A stretch of DNA of 64,000 bases from Promethearchaeota archaeon (GTDB taxonomy: Archaea; Asgardarchaeota; Lokiarchaeia; Sigyniarchaeales; SOKP01). Positions 49,066 through 59,056 of this stretch are shown in pieces. The stretch spans positions 32,001-96,000 of the forward strand of contig JBHLNF010000002.1 of NCBI GenBank assembly GCA_048937405.1, given 5' to 3'. The notes beneath the pieces are model-generated. The model ran no database searches, was not told the origin of the DNA, and worked only from the letters and a program-made list of their open reading frames with translations. Made by a program: the position numbers and the translations under genes. Each line of letters opens with the position of its first letter. The first letter of the stretch is position 1.

Positions 49066-49743
49066 CTAATTGTTAACTATACTCTTTCCTTTTTCCAAAC
49101 CCAAATGCAAAGCTTTAATATTTTTATCTGGATCTCTCAACCATTCTTTAATTACTTCCTCATAATGCTCAATTTCTATAAAAGGTATCTTTTCTGTAGC
49201 ATGTGCAAATCCTAACATTATTAAGTTAACTTGTTGGTTTGAATTGAACTCATCTAAAGATAACTTAGTAGCATTCATAAAATATACTTCATGTGAGTAT
49301 CCTTTTAAAATTTCTTCAATTTTTTCTAAAGAAGGATATTTTTCGAGATCCGCAGTTATCATTATACCAGGAATTGTTCTTGAATTGAGTACAAATGCTG
49401 TTTTGTTAGAAGCAAAAATTCCTCTTCTTAACGCTTCCACAGGTTCAAAGCAAATATATAAATCCGCATCTCCATAACATATCAATGGTGAATGGAGGTT
49501 TTTTCTCTCATCTTCAAAAACTTCTTTCTGATATCTTGTATGACTGGTAATCGCTCCTTCGCGCTGTGCGAGCCCATGCATGTTTTGAATAAGCTTGAAA
49601 CAAGCTTATTATTCACTTCCAAAGGCTCGCTTTATTCCTGCTTTTTGAGCTGCGAACTCAATTAATCTCTTTAAAGTAATAACTCCCTGCCCGGCAGTTC
49701 CAGCTATTACTATATTTATTATATCTGTTTCTTTAAATTTCAC
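49066..49743 (-). CDS. iorB: Indolepyruvate:ferredoxin oxidoreductase beta subunit, interrupted by a 30-nt insert (spliced gene or pseudogene)
   Basis: GTG at 49743 gives MKFKETDIINIVIAGTAGQGVITLKRLIEFAAQKAGIKRAFGSE**ACFKLIQN MHGLAQREG. Removing 49582-49611 restores GSEMHGLAQR and a 215-aa protein. Confidence 0.85.
49582..49611 (-). other. 30-nt hairpin insert; candidate BHB-type mRNA intron
   Basis: UAAUAAGCUUGUUUCAAGCUUAUUCAAAAC has a perfect 10-bp stem with a 3-nt loop. The flanking exons pair (gcgagccu/gggcucgc). Confidence 0.6.
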
Positions 49744-51676
49744 GAAAAGGTACCTCTTCTGCTAATAAATTTATTATAGATTTATGTATTGCCCCATTTG
49801 GACAAATTTGGTAGCATACACCACATTTTATGCATCTATCTTGGTCAATTTGCATTTCTTCTATACCATTTGTTTCAACTCTTCTGATGGCGGGACAGCT
49901 TAAAATCCTTGCACATTCATAACACAATTGGCAACCAGCAATAAAATACGAAACATCTTGCACTCTTTTTCCTTCTCTTTCTAACGTTCTAATTTGTTCC
50001 ATTCGCCACCTATGTGCTTGAAGGCCACATTCTCTTTTAACAATGATTACCTTAAAACCATCTGTTTCTAATGCGTCTTCAATGGATTTTACAAGTTTTT
50101 TAGGATTATATGAATCTTCTACTCTTAACCAAGAAACTCCAATTGCTTTACATATATCTTCGATAGAAAATCCTTTATTTAATAAATATCTGAGAACATC
50201 ATTTTGATGTCCTGTCATTGCTGTCCATGAGTTTTCAAAAATGATTAGCAATACATTTGAATTATAACCTACTGCTTCAGCTAAAGGAGGCATACCAGTA
50301 TGGAAGAATGTAGAATCTCCTATCATAGCAATCACCTTTTGATCGGTTTTAGTAGACATCCCTATAGCAGCACTAATTCCACCGGACATACAAATCACCA
50401 AATCACTACATTGCTGTGGCGGAAAAAATGACATTACATAACACCCTATATCTCCGCTAATTATAGTGTTTTCTAGATGATTGGTAGCTTTTAATATTGC
50501 ATATAATGTAGCTCTCTCGGGACATCCAGTACAGAATGTAGGAAATCTGCTAGGTATTATATCTTTATAAGAATTAAAGTAATCAATAGCTTTATTCATC
50601 TGCTCATTAGGTGATTTATTAAAAATCTTCGCTAGACTTGTTGCTACTAATCCTGTAGAAAATTCATTGTATTTTGGAAAGTATTTTTCTCCTATAATCT
50701 CTACCTTAATCTTATGATTGTGGGCAATCTCTGCAATTTTCATTTCCAAAAATGGTTCTAATTCTTCAATTATAACTACTTTCTCAAGTTTCTCTATAAA
50801 ATTCACGATTTCTCCATAATTTAAAGGATATATCATTCCAAGCTTAAAAACTGGTACGTCTTCTAGAGCCAATTGATTCAGAGCTTCCATTGTATAACCA
50901 AATGGCATTCCACTAGTAATAATTCCAATTTTATTCTCTCCAGGAATTATTTTATTTACCCCTAGGTTTGGGATCGCTTCTCGAAGTTTTTCAATTCGCT
51001 CGTATAAGCGAATGTGATTATTGATTGCATGAGGAGGGAGAGAATTAAATTTAGGAATATTTCTAATGAATTCACCTTTAGCAATTCCTTTTACTAAAGG
51101 TTCAAGTTTTACAAAACCTCTTGAGTGTGCACTTCTAGTACTCATTCGAAAATTCATGACTAAATCATATTTCTGTGACAGTTCAAATGCGAGTTTAATC
51201 CAATCCTTGCATTCCTGTGGAGTATGAGGTTCAAAAGTGGGAAGGTGCAACATCCATGCATAAAAACGCTCATTTTGTTCTTGATGTGATCCTAAAGAAC
51301 CTGGATCAGAGCCAATTGAAACAACCATTGCTCCTGGATTTGGTCCATTTAATGCAATTACACTTAAGGCATCACTAGCAACATTTAATCCTACGTGTTT
51401 CATGGGATTTAAACTTTTACATCCTGTCCAAGCGGCGCCAGCACAAGCAGATGTCGCAACTGCTTCATTGACAGCCCAGTGATGGACTAAATATTCCCTA
51501 AATTCAGGACTATCTCTTAATGCTTGATGAAAGTATTCTCCAATATCACTAGTGGGAGTACCAGGATATTGAGAGACGTAAGATACACCTGCTTCGAGGC
51601 ATCCCCTTACGAGAGCCTCATTTCCAAGCATTAATACTCTACCTTCTTCCTTAGAAAAACGAATATCTTTAATCAT
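49733..51676 (-). CDS. iorA: Indolepyruvate:ferredoxin oxidoreductase alpha subunit
   Basis: LGNEA..RG, YPGTP, MKHVGLNVA.D, FC.GCP, GDIGC, IGDSTF.H.G and MTG.Q motifs; C-terminal ferredoxin. Confidence 0.93.
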   Translation of the reverse strand: MIKDIRFSKEEGRVLMLGNEALVRGCLEAGVSYVSQYPGTPTSDIGEYFHQALRDSPEFREYLVHHWAVNEAVATSACAGAAWTGCKSLNPMKHVGLNVASDALSVIALNGPNPGAMVVSIGSDPGSLGSHQEQNERFYAWMLHLPTFEPHTPQECKDWIKLAFELSQKYDLVMNFRMSTRSAHSRGFVKLEPLVKGIAKGEFIRNIPKFNSLPPHAINNHIRLYERIEKLREAIPNLGVNKIIPGENKIGIITSGMPFGYTMEALNQLALEDVPVFKLGMIYPLNYGEIVNFIEKLEKVVIIEELEPFLEMKIAEIAHNHKIKVEIIGEKYFPKYNEFSTGLVATSLAKIFNKSPNEQMNKAIDYFNSYKDIIPSRFPTFCTGCPERATLYAILKATNHLENTIISGDIGCYVMSFFPPQQCSDLVICMSGGISAAIGMSTKTDQKVIAMIGDSTFFHTGMPPLAEAVGYNSNVLLIIFENSWTAMTGHQNDVLRYLLNKGFSIEDICKAIGVSWLRVEDSYNPKKLVKSIEDALETDGFKVIIVKRECGLQAHRWRMEQIRTLEREGKRVQDVSYFIAGCQLCYECARILSCPAIRRVETNGIEEMQIDQDRCIKCGVCYQICPNGAIHKSIINLLAEEVPFREI

Positions 51677-51981
51677 AAATCTTCTCGGAAATTATATTTT
51701 AAGAATTCTTTATGAAATTAACAATAAAAATTATGGCATAATTGTGAATAAGTCTTTAGAATATAATAGAATCTATCTATCCTTGGATTAAGAGAGAATA
51801 GAATTGGAGAAATTATTCATACTCCAATTAGGATTTTCCTTTACATAGTTGAAAATTATCCTTTTTAATCTTTTCCTTTTTGAAAAAGTTACATTTAATA
51901 ATTCAAAACAATAAATATAATGATTAATTTCAATAATTATTGAATACAATCAAAATTAATTTAGTAAGAATAGAGTAAAAA

Positions 51982-52647
51982 ATGACAATAATTACTACAA
52001 AAAAGCCCTTTGAAGAAATTTTAGGTGCCTTACAAAAGGTAAAAAAGATTGGAATTGTGTCTTGCGGTAGTTGTGCTGCAATGTGTCAAACTGGAGGGAC
52101 AGAGGGTGCAAAAGAAATGGCTGAGAAATTGGAGCAGGAAGGATTTGAAGTTGTTGTTACAATAGTACCCGAGGAAGTATGTGATAATAGAGTTATGATG
52201 AAGGATTTCCGACAAATTGATGAAGATTTAAAGAATATCGATGCGATCTTAACATTAAGCTGTGGTCTCGGAGTTGCGAGTATTACTAAAGTCTTAGAAA
52301 GGAAATATTCTCATATCCCTGTCTTTATTGGAACAAATACAGAGTTCATGGGGATGACAGAACGGATTGGTCGTTTTTACATGAGATGTCGTGGATGTGG
52401 TGCTTGCTTATTGAACGAAACAGGGGGAATCTGTCCAATTACAACTTGTGCTAAATCACTTATGAATGGTCCTTGTGGTGGAATGGTTAAAGGTAAATGT
52501 GAAGTCGGCAATTATGAAAAAGATTGTGGTTGGGTATTAATCTATAACCGTTTGAAAGAATTAGGACGATTAGATTTATATACAAAATTACGAGATCCAG
52601 TAGATTGGAGCGAATCTGGTCATCAGAGAGAGGTAGTATGGAGGTAA
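51982..52647 (+). CDS. metV: MetV, second copy
   Basis: CG.CA..C.TGG, SCGLG and CRGCGAC.L..TGGICP...CAK...NGPCGG motifs. Confidence 0.88.
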   Translation: MTIITTKKPFEEILGALQKVKKIGIVSCGSCAAMCQTGGTEGAKEMAEKLEQEGFEVVVTIVPEEVCDNRVMMKDFRQIDEDLKNIDAILTLSCGLGVASITKVLERKYSHIPVFIGTNTEFMGMTERIGRFYMRCRGCGACLLNETGGICPITTCAKSLMNGPCGGMVKGKCEVGNYEKDCGWVLIYNRLKELGRLDLYTKLRDPVDWSESGHQREVVWR

Positions 52648-52652
52648 TTGGT

Positions 52653-53582
52653 ATGGCAGAAAAGAAAGTTTATTCAAAATTAGGTGATATGATAGCAAAA
52701 GGAGAATTTGTATTAACAGGTGAATTAGAACCTGAAAAGACCTGTGATCTCTCCCACACTATCCAGGAAGCTCGAGAAATGGCTCCATACGTAGTTGCTG
52801 CAAATGTGACAGATAGTCCTTTAGCAATTGTTACTATTAACTCAATGGCAGCTTCCCATATTATTCAAAGAGAAACTGGATTAGAATGTGTATGGCAATT
52901 GACAGTAAGAGATTGTAATAAAATAGGTATTGCTGGACAAATTATGGGTGCACAAGCATTAGGATTAAATAATATTCTCTCACTTACAGGTGATCATACA
53001 GCATTAGGGGATTGTCCAGAATCGAAGCCAGTATTTGATTTAGATTCGGCTACTTTGATTAAATTAATACGAGAAATGGTTGATAAAGGTTCCATTAATG
53101 GGCATGAAATCGAGCATCCACCAAAAATGCATGTCGGAGGTGCTGCAAATCCAAACGCTGATCCTATGGAAGCAGAAATCTTAAAAATAGGTCGAAAAGC
53201 AGAAGCAGGAGTAGAATTTATACAAACTCAAGTAGTTTATGATATTGATATGACAATTGAATTTTTAAGAGAAATAAAAAAATATAATGTTCCTGTATTT
53301 CTAGGAATTTTCCCAATGAAGTCTTATGGAATAGCTAAAGGATTTGATACATTTGTTCCAGGTGTTGATGTACCAAAAGATATTCTTGAAAGATGGAAAC
53401 GAGTTAAAACTGACGTTACTGATAAGAAAGAGCAAAAAGATACCTATGACCAATTAAATTATGAATTTTTTAAACCTTTCATAACTGAATTAAAATCTAA
53501 AGGTTTACTTTCGGGCGTTCATTGTATGGCTGTTCACTACACCAGAATTTTTCCAAAGTTAGTTGAAGTAGTTAAAGGTTAA
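52653..53582 (+). CDS. metF: MetF, second copy
   Basis: GELEP, NVTD, LTGD, ANP, FIQTQ and GVHCM motifs. The ATG at 52653 follows GGAGGT and is preferred over the ORF-track start at 52605. Confidence 0.88.
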   Translation: MAEKKVYSKLGDMIAKGEFVLTGELEPEKTCDLSHTIQEAREMAPYVVAANVTDSPLAIVTINSMAASHIIQRETGLECVWQLTVRDCNKIGIAGQIMGAQALGLNNILSLTGDHTALGDCPESKPVFDLDSATLIKLIREMVDKGSINGHEIEHPPKMHVGGAANPNADPMEAEILKIGRKAEAGVEFIQTQVVYDIDMTIEFLREIKKYNVPVFLGIFPMKSYGIAKGFDTFVPGVDVPKDILERWKRVKTDVTDKKEQKDTYDQLNYEFFKPFITELKSKGLLSGVHCMAVHYTRIFPKLVEVVKG

Positions 53583-53722
53583 AACATACAAGGAAAAATC
53601 ATCTTTTTTTTTATCTTTATCTTTTATTTCAAAGAGTCAAACTGAAAAATATTAAGTCAAAATTATTAATAAGGCGCAATTATTAATCCAAATAAATTAA
53701 TTCTTGGAGGTAAGAAATAATT

Positions 53723-54148
53723 ATGTCTAAAGAAATTCAGGAGTATATGAAAAACCGTTTGGGATATAATGATGAAGAAATGAAAATTTTTATGGAAAAT
53801 CCAAAGAATATAGAAATTCTTAAGAAGGGTCCCAATCTAGTTAATAAGACAATTGTAATAGAAGTTGTCGAGTCGCATGGCTGTAACGTCCAACATAAAG
53901 TTGGAGATAAGTTTTATTTTAATGGTTTTGGAACTTTACTGACAAAACTATGTCCAAAAGAAATTTGCATGTCTGCCTTATGCGCAGCAGAGAATTTAGT
54001 ATACGCTGCTTCCATGCTTATGCTTGCAGATAAAGATCCAGATGAAATGCTCTTAAATAGAGTAGGTTGTCCCGATGTGGGATTAAAATGTGGCGGTTGG
54101 GGCAATATTGTTATGGAAATGAAAGTAATAGATCGTAAAGATATTTAA
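53723..54148 (+). CDS. TIGR04076-like Cys-containing protein
   Basis: EVVES.GC...HKVGD.F, IC..A and CPD.G..CGGWG motifs. Confidence 0.6.
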   Translation: MSKEIQEYMKNRLGYNDEEMKIFMENPKNIEILKKGPNLVNKTIVIEVVESHGCNVQHKVGDKFYFNGFGTLLTKLCPKEICMSALCAAENLVYAASMLMLADKDPDEMLLNRVGCPDVGLKCGGWGNIVMEMKVIDRKDI

Positions 54149-54175
54149 TTACTGATTATTTAATTTTGTTTATTT

Positions 54176-55264
54176 TTATATTTTTATAGCTTTACCAACC
54201 TTTAAGTCAGTATAAGCCTTTTTAAATGTATCCTTGAATGCATTGATACTTTCCACACTACTATCATGGGGTGAAAGTGCAACTAATTTAGGATTCCTAG
54301 CTTTTAGATAATCTAATGCATTACTCAAATCATCTTTTTGCCAAGGCTCCCATGGTGGCCTTTTTGTCATTATAAATTTATGTATGGGCAATCCTGACCA
54401 AATATTTTCTTCGCTTGGAAATCTTGGTATAGGTAAATGTAATCCTCCAATAATTCCATAAATAGGTGTATCGAATAGTAATTCAACACGATCTATTAAC
54501 TTTTTTACTCCTTGATGCCCACAACCTACAATTACTACAATACCTTTTCCCTCAACATTTACTGCCATAGCTTGTTCATAAATATCTTTAAAAAAGAACA
54601 AAGGATTATGTATAGGACCGATTGAAGCTATTCCCTTCGTTATAACCTCTGGACCTTTCACATGACTTAACTTAGCCGTGGGATGCGTCATTTCAACTGG
54701 AGTAAAAGCTTTCACATGGCTTAGGTTTGATTGAATATCTGAAAGTGAAAATGTATTCTGCTGAGCCCATTTTAACCCTCCTACATGATCACCATGTAAG
54801 TGTGAAATAAAAATATATTTTATTTCATCTATACTGATACCTAATGCCTCCATATTTTTCAGAAGGGGTGAAGGGTGCTTTCTATTCGGATTTAAACCAG
54901 TATCATATAAAATACAAATATCATCTGCTTTAATATAATAGGAAACTCCATTTTCAGTAAATAAATTGTTTTCAGCGTGATAGTCAATAAGAGGAATTAT
55001 TTCCAAATTTTTAACAGCACCCATATCATCCAATTTATTGAACTTAGCATTAATCCAATCATTTTCGATTATTTGTGTATTCTTTTCAAACCTTTTATTC
55101 AGTATAATTAAGTTGAAAAGTGGAAGAGACATTTGGAAAGCTCGCGTTAGTTCCCTTTCGGAAAGTTTTTCACCATCAATTATTTTCGATATAATTTCTC
55201 GGTCCTTAATTAAAGGATATTGTTTGATCAATGCTTTGATTTCTTCTAGTTTAATAAAACTCAC
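54176..55264 (-). CDS. MBL-fold hydrolase (COG1237-like)
   Basis: E.GVS, YDTG, SHLHGDHVGG, EQ, VGCGH.G and GGLH motifs. Confidence 0.85.
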   Translation of the reverse strand: MSFIKLEEIKALIKQYPLIKDREIISKIIDGEKLSERELTRAFQMSLPLFNLIILNKRFEKNTQIIENDWINAKFNKLDDMGAVKNLEIIPLIDYHAENNLFTENGVSYYIKADDICILYDTGLNPNRKHPSPLLKNMEALGISIDEIKYIFISHLHGDHVGGLKWAQQNTFSLSDIQSNLSHVKAFTPVEMTHPTAKLSHVKGPEVITKGIASIGPIHNPLFFFKDIYEQAMAVNVEGKGIVVIVGCGHQGVKKLIDRVELLFDTPIYGIIGGLHLPIPRFPSEENIWSGLPIHKFIMTKRPPWEPWQKDDLSNALDYLKARNPKLVALSPHDSSVESINAFKDTFKKAYTDLKVGKAIKI

Positions 55265-55387
55265 TTTTTTATCCCAATTTTATATTTTAGTTTAATTTAA
55301 TATTTTTTCAAACTTTTTTATTTCTTATTATAGTTAAAAATTCATTCACATGTTAGATTTAAAAATTAAATAATTAAAAAACCTCCT

Positions 55388-56113
55388 TTGGGTGTTATAT
55401 TTTTGAGTTCAAGACAAGAAGAACATATAGTCGGAGGAGGTAAGATTCGTTGTGTTATTTTAGGACTAAATGATGGTTTAATATCAACATTTACTCTATT
55501 AGTTGGAGTAGCAGCAGCTACCTTGGCAGCAACAGGCGGTAATTCCATTGTAATATTGACGGGTTTTGCTGCGATGGTTTCAGGAGCCATAAGTATGGGT
55601 CTTGGTGAGTATATTTCAAGTAAATCTGAATATAATTATATTAAAAATGAATTAAAAAAAGAGAAAGCAGAATTGGAATTATTCCCAGAAGAAGAAGCAG
55701 AGGAAGTAAGGGAGATTTTTGAAAAAATGGGGCTAAAAGGAGAGACTCTTAGTGCTTGTGTAGATACAATTACTTCGGATAAACAAGTTTGGTTAGACTT
55801 TTTAACTAAAAGTGAGTTGGGATTAGAACAACCAGAAAATCCTATTTTAGGGGCTATATTAACATTTTTTTCATTTGTGTCTGGTTCATTTTTAACATTA
55901 TTTGCATATTTTTTTAACTTAGGTATAATTTCGCTGGTATTATCCTCAATGATATCTTTTACAATGTTATTTATTGTAGGAGTTCTAAAGACTAGAATTA
56001 CGGGAGAAAATAAAATTAGAAGTGGATTAGAGATGGTTATTATTGGAATCGTTGCGTTTATAGCATCATACGGAATAGGTACAATACTTGAGCAATTAAT
56101 ATCTGTAGCCTAA
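55388..56113 (+). CDS. VIT1/CCC1 family iron/manganese transporter
   Basis: LG.NDGL and GAISMGLGEYIS motifs; acidic metal-binding loop. Confidence 0.9.
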   Translation: MGVIFLSSRQEEHIVGGGKIRCVILGLNDGLISTFTLLVGVAAATLAATGGNSIVILTGFAAMVSGAISMGLGEYISSKSEYNYIKNELKKEKAELELFPEEEAEEVREIFEKMGLKGETLSACVDTITSDKQVWLDFLTKSELGLEQPENPILGAILTFFSFVSGSFLTLFAYFFNLGIISLVLSSMISFTMLFIVGVLKTRITGENKIRSGLEMVIIGIVAFIASYGIGTILEQLISVA

Positions 56114-56128
56114 ATAAAAAAATTAAGT

Positions 56129-56695
56129 TTAGTATTCTTTAAAGAATTTTTGACTATGTTCGCATATTGGGCAAATTGAGGGAGGTACTTCAAATTCCAC
56201 ATTTCCACAGATCTGACATACAAAAATTTTCAATTTTTCAAAAGACTTATTATTCTCTAATAATTTTAAGTACATTGAAAACAATTTAGCATGTATTTTC
56301 TCAGCCTTTCTTGCTAATGAAAAGGACAATTCAGTAACTTCACTTCCCTCTTTTTTAGAATTTTTTATAAAGTTTTTATACATTTTCTTAGTTTCATAAG
56401 TTTCTCCATTAATAGCATCAATTAAATTTGCCTTTGTATCTTTAATTTGGTCTTTTAAATTGGTTTCATTCACTTCGATGAAATTTTCTATGTTAACATC
56501 TGTATCAGTAAGAACTTTCAAAGCTCTTGTATGGTTTTTAATATGAATTGCTTCTGCAGCTGAAATGGCTTCAAATAAATGAGCAACCTCCGGAAGATTT
56601 TCTTCTCTTGCTTTTTCAGCATATAATTCATATTTTCTTTTAGCATTACTTTCTCCGTTAATAGCTTCTTTTAAATTTTGAATAACGATTGACAT
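56129..56695 (-). CDS. Rubrerythrin
   Basis: GES.A...Y, E..H, GE.YE, E..H and C-terminal CQICG..CPIC motifs. Confidence 0.9.
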   Translation of the reverse strand: MSIVIQNLKEAINGESNAKRKYELYAEKAREENLPEVAHLFEAISAAEAIHIKNHTRALKVLTDTDVNIENFIEVNETNLKDQIKDTKANLIDAINGETYETKKMYKNFIKNSKKEGSEVTELSFSLARKAEKIHAKLFSMYLKLLENNKSFEKLKIFVCQICGNVEFEVPPSICPICEHSQKFFKEY

Positions 56696-56871
56696 TTTAA
56701 TTAATTCAAATAGTTAATATTTATTATTTTGATGATTTAGGAATTTACACTATTCTATATTATTTTTTCCTTAATATAGTAAAAAAATTAGAAAATATTA
56801 TTGAAAAATTATAATGTTAGAATTTCATCCAAAATTATTTACTTTTTTTCGGTAAAAACATTCCTACCCGT

Positions 56872-56975
56872 TTTCTATATTCTATATAAGATTCTCCATA
56901 TCTTAAAATCAAAACTTTTTCTTCCTCTTTACAAAAACATAAAAATATAGGAAACTAAACTATAGAATATAGAAA
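56872..56975. repeat. 15-bp perfect inverted repeat
   Basis: tttctatattctata (56872-56886) / tatagaatatagaaa (56961-56975). Confidence 0.7.
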
Positions 56976-57124
56976 TAGAAATGTAGAATTTAACAGTAAA
57001 GCAACTATACCCCTTTTTTTTTCTAATTTTGCTGGTGCAATACTTAAAAAAAAAAAGCCATCAATAGTGTTGAGATAATTAATATTAAGAAATTAATCAA
57101 TTCTATCATACAATCTTCTAAAAG

Positions 57125-58147
57125 CTAACTGTAATATAATAATTTTCCATTTTTCTTAACACTCTTAACTTTCTCTTGAGCTTGTAGATAAAAAAGATGA
57201 CCTAAAACTTCGCTTAGTGCCATATATGAATTCATTTCATCTAGATCCTCTCCAAAGTGGATTTGAGATATTTCATATGCTGTCAATGGTTTATCTTTAA
57301 TTACACTTGAAATTTCACTCAATCTCCTTTTATGATGATCTTTTATCTGTAATATTCTTTCGTGAGGATTAAAAATGATATCTTGATGGGCAGGTAAAAT
57401 AATCTTAGGATTTAACTTATCTATCTTATCTAATGATTCTAAGTAGTATTTTAATATATTTTCAAAATCATAGTCTTTATATTGTTCTGCTAAGTAATCA
57501 GGTATTAAATAATTTCCAATATGAGGTGTAATTCTGCTAAGAATATGATCCCCCGAGAATAGAATTTGTTTTTGTCTATCATAAATACAAATATGACCAA
57601 AACTATGACCAGGGGTCCAAATAATTTCTAATCTATCGAATATTAAATCTCCATCATGTATAATAATATCCGGTTTTTGATATTCTAAGAATCTTGGCCA
57701 AAAAGTAAAAAAATATACTATTCTATCCCCTTGTTTTTCACTCATTCCATATTTTATTAGTTGTTTTACTTCTTCTTTTGCTTTGTTTTCAATAATTTTT
57801 AAATTATTCTTGGAAGTTTCCCATTTCAATAGTTCATGAGTTATGTCGTGCATTAAGATTTTAAGGTTAGGATTCTTTTTTTTGAGAATTCGGATTAGTC
57901 CTATATGGTCAGTATGTAAATGAGTAATAATGCAGTAGTCAATATTTTGTATAGATGTATTTAATTCTTCGAAAGCTGCAAATAAATTATTCTTCCAATT
58001 TCCCATATTCAAACCAGAATCAATTAATATATTTTTTCCATTTACCTTAAACAGATAAACACAAACATATTTAACGGGAAAAGGAACATCTATTTTAATC
58101 TGATTGATGCCATCAATTTCTTTTAATTCAAATTTAGAACTAGACAA
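57125..58147 (-). CDS. MBL-fold metallo-hydrolase
   Basis: IDSG, THLHTDH, TPGHS.GH, SGDH and PAH motifs. Confidence 0.9.
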   Translation of the reverse strand: MSSSKFELKEIDGINQIKIDVPFPVKYVCVYLFKVNGKNILIDSGLNMGNWKNNLFAAFEELNTSIQNIDYCIITHLHTDHIGLIRILKKKNPNLKILMHDITHELLKWETSKNNLKIIENKAKEEVKQLIKYGMSEKQGDRIVYFFTFWPRFLEYQKPDIIIHDGDLIFDRLEIIWTPGHSFGHICIYDRQKQILFSGDHILSRITPHIGNYLIPDYLAEQYKDYDFENILKYYLESLDKIDKLNPKIILPAHQDIIFNPHERILQIKDHHKRRLSEISSVIKDKPLTAYEISQIHFGEDLDEMNSYMALSEVLGHLFYLQAQEKVKSVKKNGKLLYYS

Positions 58148-58275
58148 AATTATTACTACTAATATCTTTATTAATTAGAAAAAATTTTGAGAATTTTTGT
58201 ACTTTCTGAATTTTAAATTATACAATAATTTGATTTAAAATTAATAATTAAAAGTTCAAAAGAAAAGATTTAGGA

Positions 58276-59055
58276 TTAAAATTTGGTTTTTTTCTGAAAT
58301 ACCATGATACCAAGGAGTATGAAGAAGAAGGCAAATGCAACAATAATTAACAAACCACTCCATATTGGGAATACAGTTGCTTTAGCGGTTATTCCTATTA
58401 ATGAACCATTATATAGAACATCGTCTAATCCATCTCCCAGCACAGTTATTTGAAGATATAATTGTTTAGCCCAAAATGGTGGTGTGAAAAAAACTATAGG
58501 ACTTTCAAAAGGGACGAATGAACCAGAAAGAAATAGCATTGGCATATAGTAAAAAATTGCCATAGCGTTGGCAACTTCAGGATTCTTCGCTATACCAGAG
58601 ATAATAATACCAATTCCAACTGATGAAATACCAAATAGAACTGCAATAAAGAATCCGATTACTAATTCAAAAATTCCTTTATATGGAATTTGAAGTATAC
58701 CATATCCTAAGATGAACATAATTAGAATTTGAAGTGAGACCAGAAAAGTTTCCGATAATAAAGCTCCAAAAAATAAATTTTTTCTGCCAGTAGGCATTGT
58801 ATCTAATCGTTCTAGCATTCCAGAAGATTTGTCTACTGAAAATGATATAGCAGAACTAGTCGTACTTGCTGCTACCGCATATACTATCATTCCGGGGAAA
58901 CTAAATTGGAAATCTTCACCTCCAAAAAGAAAATAAAACATTACCGTAAACATAACAGCAAATCCAAGAGAAAAAACTAAATATTCCCAATGACGGGTTT
59001 TATCTTTAATATTTTTAATCATTATTTGGATTGCTTTATTTTCTAACAAATTCAT
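58276..59055 (-). CDS. ABC-2 type exporter permease
   Basis: Six TM segments; G.LERL...P and P.LFLSG motifs. Confidence 0.88.
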   Translation of the reverse strand: MNLLENKAIQIMIKNIKDKTRHWEYLVFSLGFAVMFTVMFYFLFGGEDFQFSFPGMIVYAVAASTTSSAISFSVDKSSGMLERLDTMPTGRKNLFFGALLSETFLVSLQILIMFILGYGILQIPYKGIFELVIGFFIAVLFGISSVGIGIIISGIAKNPEVANAMAIFYYMPMLFLSGSFVPFESPIVFFTPPFWAKQLYLQITVLGDGLDDVLYNGSLIGITAKATVFPIWSGLLIIVAFAFFFILLGIMVFQKKTKF

Positions 59056-59056
59056 T

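Noticed and set aside
49582-49611. iorB insert as a CRISPR repeat (GTTT...GAAAC-like on the plus strand)
   Set aside because: It is a single copy with no spacers or cas genes.
49606-49611. Sec/Pyl read-through in iorB
   Set aside because: The stops are two TAA codons, not TGA or TAG, and read-through would insert 10 residues into a conserved motif.
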